Below are positions 43,033-64,000 of a stretch of DNA of 64,000 nucleotides, piece by piece. Under the pieces are notes generated by a model. It had not been told where the DNA came from and did not search any database. It saw only the letters and a list, made by a program, of their open reading frames with translations. Position numbers and translations under genes: made by a program. Position 1 is the first letter of the stretch; every line of letters begins with the position of its first letter. Source of the stretch: Chrysomallon squamiferum (Eukaryota > Animalia > Mollusca); the NCBI GenBank assembly GCA_012295275.1, contig CM022668.1:8990001-9054000 (forward strand). The letters are read 5' to 3'.

Positions 43033-44506
43033 TTATACTATAATTATTATTATTTTAATCTTTTTCTTCCCATGTTGTTTATTTTATTTCTGAATTTATT
43101 TACTTACTATATTCATTATCTTTTTCTTTAATTATTTCCTGATTTATACATACACACATACATACATATCTATATCTATATATATATTTGTTGTTCTTGT
43201 TTGTTTTAGTTTAGTATTCTTTTGCTTGTCCTGATAGCTTATTCTTTTGAATTCTGGGCTTTGTGTGTGAGAGAGAGAGAGATACATACATGCATACATA
43301 TATACATTATTCTCTTCCGCATAATAACTGTTTTCTGATACAAATGATATACTGGACATTCACTAAACCCATTTTGGTTATTTTTTGTTACTTGACGATT
43401 TGTATTGCAAAATAATGGATCGGTTTTATTCACGTGGGTGTGTGGTATCCATCCCCTAAACTTCTATCACTTACAAATAAATACAGACTTCAGTTACACA
43501 TTCCGATTACTTAAACTACATATAACCAGAATGTATAAACACGCTTTCTCCCATCTCTAAGCTTTGTAGAACACGATACTGGCAGTATGCCCAAGTTCTC
43601 ACATACCAAGGTTAATTATAACCGTGTATAAGTGTGTATAAACATGCAGAAACATTTTTTTACTAATTTAGAGAAGAATGGTAAATTGTCTGACCCTAAT
43701 TACAGATATCTATCAGACGGTCAACACTAAAAGGAATAACTATCAAGACATGAATGTTTTTTAACTATGAAAAGCATTCAGTTAGTTTTTACGATGTGAA
43801 AGATATTTGTTTTTGCTAGTTCTTAGATTATTCTCCTTAGTTTCATTTACTAATACTACGATGTTCAATCAATTCCTTATTTTAGATATTTCCGAATAAC
43901 AGTAAGTTTATTATGTTCATTTTCTTTTCAAGGTGAAACTGGAAGAAAGTTTCAGAAAAACACAGTAAACTTTTGACATTGAAGTGTAGACATTTTCTCG
44001 TTAACGCGTTCCGCATCAAAGGTGGGGTTGTCATTGCCGTTGTCTGCTGCTTTTACGCGCCATAAAGCACGTGCAGGGCAACCATTCTGCACGCGCACTT
44101 CCTTGACCCAGCAGTTAATTTTTACCACATGGTGAAAAGCGGTCCAAAATTAACCATGTGTTTATGAATCGATCTTCAGCTCGTTTTGCCTACCTTGTTT
44201 TTGTTTTGGGTTTTTTTTCTCCCTCCGGATTGATGTAATTATATATACTATGGTTTTAAATAATAATAATAAAAATAAATAAAATAATGTATGTTTTTCC
44301 ATCTGGAGTGACTGAGAAATGTATTTTGGATAAAAGCACGGTGACTACTAACAAAGAGTATTATTCGTGTTTGATAATTTTTTTCTAAACCACTGAAAGA
44401 GATGGGTAATTCGTGCTATTGTAGAGATTTCTTCAGTAATGATGTTGAGTTTTTGTATGTGTTCAATGGGTTAATATTTTCATTTGTTTATATATTCATG
44501 AGCATG

Positions 44507-44605
<99 letters not shown>

Positions 44606-46008
44606 TTGTGCATTAAAAATTTACCAAAATTCTAACGATGTTTTTTTAATATAAATCTTTCCAACTAAGGCAGATGATTCAAATATGGTGTAAAAAATTT
44701 GATTTAAAAAATTGGTTTTCAATAACTGATAACATATATCACCTAAAACTAAACTAATAAGAAATGTTCATTTCTGTCAGTCTCTAAACAGCATTTAATC
44801 GTTTATTACGGTCTAAAATAAAGCAAAGAGTAGAATAACTGGCGTAATACTGATTATTCTGAGCTATGTGTCTATCGATTATTACTGCAGAGGACAGTAA
44901 CCTGCATTTTGTAAAATATACACATACACAACATGTACCACGACAAACAGGAGATACAGGCAAACATCCAGATATGAACATTCACAAGTTTATGAAGAGG
45001 CAGGAATCAACGTCTGCAAGTTTTCTAATTTAAATTAAACTGGTGTTTCGAATTTCACACCTAAAGTGTTATAATTCCAGACGAAATTTTAACGAACTTG
45101 CCCAGTTATATGCATAATCCAAAGAACGTAAAATACAATTCAAACATGATCTAATGATATTTTAATCTTTAAGGAAATATTTTGCCAAACTGTAGGACCA
45201 CAGACGCACAAACGCAAAGAAATATTCGCGTGGTATATTCGTACAAGAGAAAACAATATAACCATCATGTTTTCTGACAGTATTTCTCTGAAAAAAATAC
45301 ACGCACACGCACACACACACACACATATATATATATAATATATACATGGATATAAACGTATATATACACACATTCGCAAATTTAAATACCTAAAAACACA
45401 TAAAGAAATGCATATTCTTGAATATTATAAAAAAAAAAAAAACAAAAAAACAGGACTACGAAGCCGTATGTGAGGAAACTGAACACACCTGTACAAAAGA
45501 TCAAAGCTAAAAATACCTTCGCTTCATCTTCGGTTCCCCTCCACCCCCGCTGCTCCAAGATGGCTTTCACCTCCGAGTACGACAGGTTTCCGCTCTTGTC
45601 CTTGTCTGCCTCGTCGAAGTCGAACGTGTACTTCTCCAGCTGACTCTGTGCCCACGACTCGGACATTTTCGTAGGTGCGGCTTTCGGTTTCGGCGAAACG
45701 GCGGGAGTTGTTTTCTGAGTTTTGGCGGCAACTGGAACGGCAGACGTCTTCGCGATGCTAGTTACGGTTATCGGTCTCGCAGCCTCGGTCTTTTTCGCGG
45801 TTACCGCTTTTTCCGGCGCAGACGGTACTTCTTTCTCCTTCGGCTTTTCTGCAGCGGGACTTGGTACCGATGACGAAGTACTGCCGCTACTACTGCTGCT
45901 ACTGCTGCTGTTACTCGATTTGGCCGTGGCCTGAACATCGTCGCGAAGTTGCAGGTACGGCTGCAGTAATTTGCCCACGAAGAAAGTGGCAGACAGTAGT
46001 CCCAGCAT
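42084..46008 (-). CDS. Six-EF-hand calcium-binding protein (calmodulin-like superfamily) with N-terminal low-complexity extension, ~339 aa
   Basis: Exons 46008-45517, 42867-42773, 42516-42084 with GT-AG ends in frame (1020 nt). EF loops DKDKSGNLSYSE, DMTKDGKVTKVE, DKDKNGSLTRAE, AKDDNQKLDYEE, DRDGSGFLTKDE, CKDDDKKISYQE. ATG is in a gccATG context with an in-frame stop upstream. Confidence 0.88.
42773..42867 (-). CDS. EF-hand gene exon 2
   Basis: ttttcag acceptor and gtaagt donor; KIFAGLDMTKDGKVTKVEYLAAIKKIPKVAM. Confidence 0.88.
45517..46008 (-). CDS. EF-hand gene coding exon 1
   Basis: ORF 45382..46008 up to GTEDEAK|gtattt; GC-rich coding-like composition; contains the first EF-hand. Confidence 0.82.
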
Positions 46009-46526
46009 GGCGAGGTTTGCCTCGATCTCGATACGATTCCTGGTCTTGTGACTGTGAGTGCGTGTGGAACAGAATCTGATACCTCACCCCGGCTGCAAAA
46101 TCGGCGAAGATAATTATAGATTGTTGATCTCTAGCAGACGTTTCGGCAGTGAGCAGAACGTGATTTTTTCTTCCAATAATAATAATAATAATTTTTTTTT
46201 ACTGGTGTGTTGTTGTTGTTTGTCTCTCTCACTCTCTCTCTCTGTAAATGTGTGTGTGTGCTCGTGCGTGCACTATCTTTTTTGTTTGTCTTTTTGTGAA
46301 TGTAAGATCATATTGTGAACGTGCTTTTATGCGTGTATTTATCTATGTGAACGTTCAAGTTGAAAAACTAGAATTTATTTTATTTGTTCTTTTTTGTTGT
46401 TGTTGTTGTTGTTGATGTGTACGTCTGTGTACTGACAGACATATAGATAAATATAAAAGTGAGTATATGAATTTATGCGCATGCAAGAGAAACTACAAAA
46501 AGCGTTTGATACATGTTTGTTTGTTT

Positions 46527-46600
<74 letters not shown>

Positions 46601-46604
<4 letters not shown>

Positions 46605-46703
46605 TCTGTGTGCCCTATAATTTAAGATATTAAAACACTAAAAATAAAACTGCTATTAACTTAGAGTCTGGATTTGCTACACATTAATGTAGATGAAAGA
46701 ACG
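46601..46703 (+). repeat. Dispersed repeat copy B (partner at 2168-2283)
   Basis: Same sequence, also preceded by a (TTA)n tract. Confidence 0.85.
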
Positions 46704-46862
46704 TTATCACTGATGGCATGTATCAAACGACTTCCTACTCTGTTTGTCTCATAGTGTACACTTTTCTCAGACAAAAGACATCTCGCTGTTGGTGACAACC
46801 AAATGACAGCAAAGTCTCTTTTTATCTAGTATATCTGTCTTTCTATTTCTTTTTATTTTGAC

Positions 46863-47025
<163 letters not shown>

Positions 47026-47621
47026 TACCCGCACAAAGACATAATTAAATTGTGTAGGCATTAATTATAACTGATCGTTGCAAAATGGATCCCAAAGACT
47101 GAGTCTCGGTAAGCTACTTCAATTGCAGCAAGGTGCCTCACTATGCAAGGCAAATGTTAGATTTTGTTTGATTTGTTTATCAAAAGTCAGATTTAACACA
47201 TCCAAACATTTAGATATACTTAAAGCAAAAAATTAATAATAAATAAATAAATAAATAATTAATTAAATTAAATTAAATTAAATTAAATTAAATTAAATTA
47301 AATTAAAATTAAAATTAAAATATAATAATAATAATAATAACAACAACACAACAACAACACTAGCAGTAGTGGTAGTAGTGGCAGTAGTAGTAGTAGTAGT
47401 AACAGTAGTAAATAAATAATGCCAAACTTAAGTTTAGAGCCGAAAAGAAAAGACACAGAATTATTAGTTTAAAATGTATATACATTATTACCGTACATGT
47501 CTTACTAAGATTTTAAATACTGAGTAAGATATACTGCAACTTCGAAAAACTAAATTTTTGATAAAAGTAATATAAGACGTTTCTTTAATGATTGTGTGAC
47601 GGATATTTGAAAATAATTCTA

Positions 47622-47657
<36 letters not shown>

Positions 47658-47769
47658 TAAAAAAAAAAAAAAAAAAGTTGAGGTATTTAAAATAAACAAA
47701 AATAGGACTTTAAAAGAAAAGAAGAACCATAAATAATTTTATTACGCTTTACAAATCACTCAATAATGA

Positions 47770-48310
47770 TTCTTGATCTCCAGTGACAAAATACAACGAT
47801 GCGTTACATTTCGAACGCATTTCATCGACTGACCAATCAACAAGTACGTTACAAAAATGGGTCATATGTCCTCAGGTAAATGCTTACTGTGTTGCGGTGA
47901 AAAGTTTTGATTGATTTTTACAGGTAAGATGCGATCGTTTCTGTTATTTGTGTTCGATGTTGAATAGTCTTAATAAACAGACGGATGACGGAAGATTTTG
48001 TATCTGTATTTTGCGCATGCATTAATTCCTTATTTTTGAGTATGTAAATCGAGAAAGAAAAATTAAAACTTTGGCGTCGCCTTTTCACTTGGCCTTGGAT
48101 CAAAGCCAACATGGCTGCCGATAACAGATTTCTTCGCGACTGCATTTTAGTTTTTCTTCGCTCTGTCTGCGCGAATTGCTGCTAAAAATGTTGTCAATGG
48201 TGACAAAGGAGTGATGATTCGTAAGAACGGTTAAATGACAGCGTCACGAAACTGCGGAAACGAGTGAAAATATGTAGCAACCCCGGAAGTACAGTAACGT
48301 CCCACAAGTA
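47770..48310. promoter_or_regulatory. CpG-retaining promoter island between the EF-hand and MPP genes (probable bidirectional promoter / 5'UTR exons)
   Basis: CCAAT (~47833), YY1-like AACATGGCTGCC (~48108-48119), ETS CCGGAAGT (48283-48290); plus-strand donor gtaaga at 48221 and minus-strand donor (gcttac on plus) at 47882-47887. Confidence 0.55.
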
Positions 48311-48550
48311 TTGGAATGTTGATAATGTTTAAGACGATCAAAACGTATTGGTGTTAGAATTCGCACCTTATTACAAATATTTATCACTTTAATATTTTGA
48401 CGGATAGTTATAATGGTATAACAGGTATTTGTTTTTATCGTTCGGTAACTTTGTAAAGTTAGTTTATTTGTAGAAGTGTTACTTGATTATCTGTATTAGT
48501 TGATGGAACCAACTAGAAAACTAGAGGCAGTTGACGAAGTTCGTGTGAAC

Positions 48551-48670
<120 letters not shown>

Positions 48671-49355
48671 CCCTGCCTCTTTATCAGAAGATACATCATC
48701 TGCTGTGAAAACACTAGGTTAAATATATCTCTGTATTGATTGGAAGACATCACTGCTAGTTTTCATCATTCAGACTTAGAGTCAGCTTTGGCTGGGGATG
48801 GGATTAGGATTAGTTTTAATCCTTCTTTAGATGGATTCAAATGCTGAGTCACACTTCTTCCCTCAACCTAGTTAAACCTGTATTTTATTGCAGATAATAA
48901 ATGAAAATGAATGACATATTTTGAAAACTTAAGTAATTTGTTTCACTAACCAAATCATATATTCACAGAACATGGGTTATTTCTCAGATCCTATATATGG
49001 GAGGCATCATATATGTTAATATGTTTACTCTCAATATGGATAAAATTTGTTAGATAAATTTAGTGATTGGAACTGGAAAAATCCATTAATGACATCAAGT
49101 AGGATTGATGCTGTTAATTAATAATTTGTAGACCCCCAAAAAGTAGAAATTCCGTTTTTTTTTTTTTTTTTTTTTTTTCATATATATATTCAAAACTTTC
49201 TTCTTGTTGTTCAGTATAAAAATGTATTTTGTTTTTTTGTTTCCAGTGTTAATATATTCAATATTGTATATCAGTTTCAGTAACTGTATGTTAAATATAC
49301 CTAGTGTATAACTTCAGATACAAAATTAATTTTGAGTGTGTGTGTGTGTGAGTGC

Positions 49356-49436
<81 letters not shown>

Positions 49437-49446
49437 CGTGTGTGTG

Positions 49447-49490
<44 letters not shown>

Positions 49491-49526
49491 CGTGTGTGTG
49501 TGTGCATGTGTATGTGTGTGTGTGTG

Positions 49527-49604
<78 letters not shown>

Positions 49605-49905
49605 TATGTGCGTGTATCTGTGTATGTGTATGTGTAAGGCTGTAATAAGATTATTTAGCACTCTTTTTCAGAAATTCTGTAACTGTTCCTTTAAAGTTTG
49701 AAATTTCATATTTGTATTCTGTATATAACTTTATACAGTCTGTGGTTTATCTGCACTTACATGTGATAACACAGACTGAATCCATCTGGTGAGTTAAACC
49801 ATTTTAATGATCAGAGAGTCGCACAATACTTTTAATATATGATACCTATCAAGTACATACTTGACATTTTTATTGTAGTTGTTGCTGTTGCAGACAAAGT
49901 AGAAA

Positions 49906-63159
<13,254 letters not shown>

Positions 63160-64000
63160 ACACTCAGTCTGAATAGAGTTCATGACAAACCAGTTATGAC
63201 GATTCAGACTAGATATTTTTTGAACCAACCAGTCTGACTAGATCATTTATATTATCCGTTCTGAACATGGTGGGGTTTTTGTATTACTCAGTCTTAATAG
63301 AGCATTAGCATGATCCAGTCTGAATAGATTTTGTTTTGTTTATTGCTCTGGTCTGAACAGAGTTTTTAAATTTTCTGATTAATTTTTTTTTCTCTTCTGT
63401 TATTTTGTTTTACCAGTTAAAATATATAAATAAGCTTGTAATAATTTGTTTTTTAATTTAATTAATTATTATTAATATATATATTTTTTTATATAATGAA
63501 AATAGAATACTGATTGTCTGAGGCTTTTTTTTATGATCAAATATAATTTAAAAATATATATATATATTTTACAGATTGTTTATCAAAATAATTTTTCTTG
63601 GCATGTTCTGTGGGTTTTAAAGACTGTATGCAATTTATAAAAATCTTTATATTTATACTGGCTTGTTTTGTAGCTGACATCTGTAAATTTTGAAATATAA
63701 AACTATTTATCTTTTCATATTAGCTGTTTGTCAAAGTTTGACTTATCCAGTATTTGTAGAAATATTATATATATAACCTCTTGAAAATATCACAAGTTAA
63801 AATATATATATAGACACAGGATTAGCATGGCAAAGTGAAAAAACAGAAATAAAAAAATTAGCCTGTGTGTCCCATTTTAGATTTCACAATTTCTAGGGCT
63901 GATTTAAAATCATTAAAAAATGGACTAGCCATTTTTCCAAGTAAATGATCTTTTTAAATACAGCAGTTATATGTTATAGAAGATAGTCCCATTTTGATTG

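Noticed and set aside
48111-48185. ATG GCT GCC... as the MPP start
   Set aside because: It stops after 24 codons. The MPP2-like N-terminus begins at 49906; this ATG coincides with a YY1-like motif and is at most a uORF.

Overview
AT-rich, microsatellite-dense animal genomic DNA with spliceosomal GT-AG introns. A mollusc, probably a gastropod, is inferred from SINE remnants and protein types; this is not confirmed. Almost all ORFs in the supplied track are microsatellite artefacts. Manual splicing gives four genes in two head-to-head pairs. (1) A minus-strand, 8-coding-exon, ~355-aa single-pass Shisa-like/CX-type protein (36553->29395) with a signal peptide, an Arg/Gly/Tyr-rich N-terminus, a six-Cys module, a TM helix and a PPxY-rich tail. 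(2) NDUFB3 (+, 37628-39376). (3) A minus-strand ~339-aa six-EF-hand protein with a long low-complexity N-terminal extension (46008->42084). (4) An MPP2/MPP6(PALS2)-type p55 MAGUK (+, 49906-63159, 15 coding exons) with an apparent 1-bp frameshift in the PDZ exon. The first ~22.6 kb has no detectable coding exons. It is a chain of CpG-retaining, motif-dense islands (E-boxes, CRE, nuclear-receptor, forkhead and CTCF-like sites), probably the regulatory domain of a gene outside the window. The most unusual structural pattern is repeated local duplication of exon-intron junctions, which leaves decoy splice sites and junction-anchored minisatellites. I found no clear new multi-gene system. All counts were made by eye.
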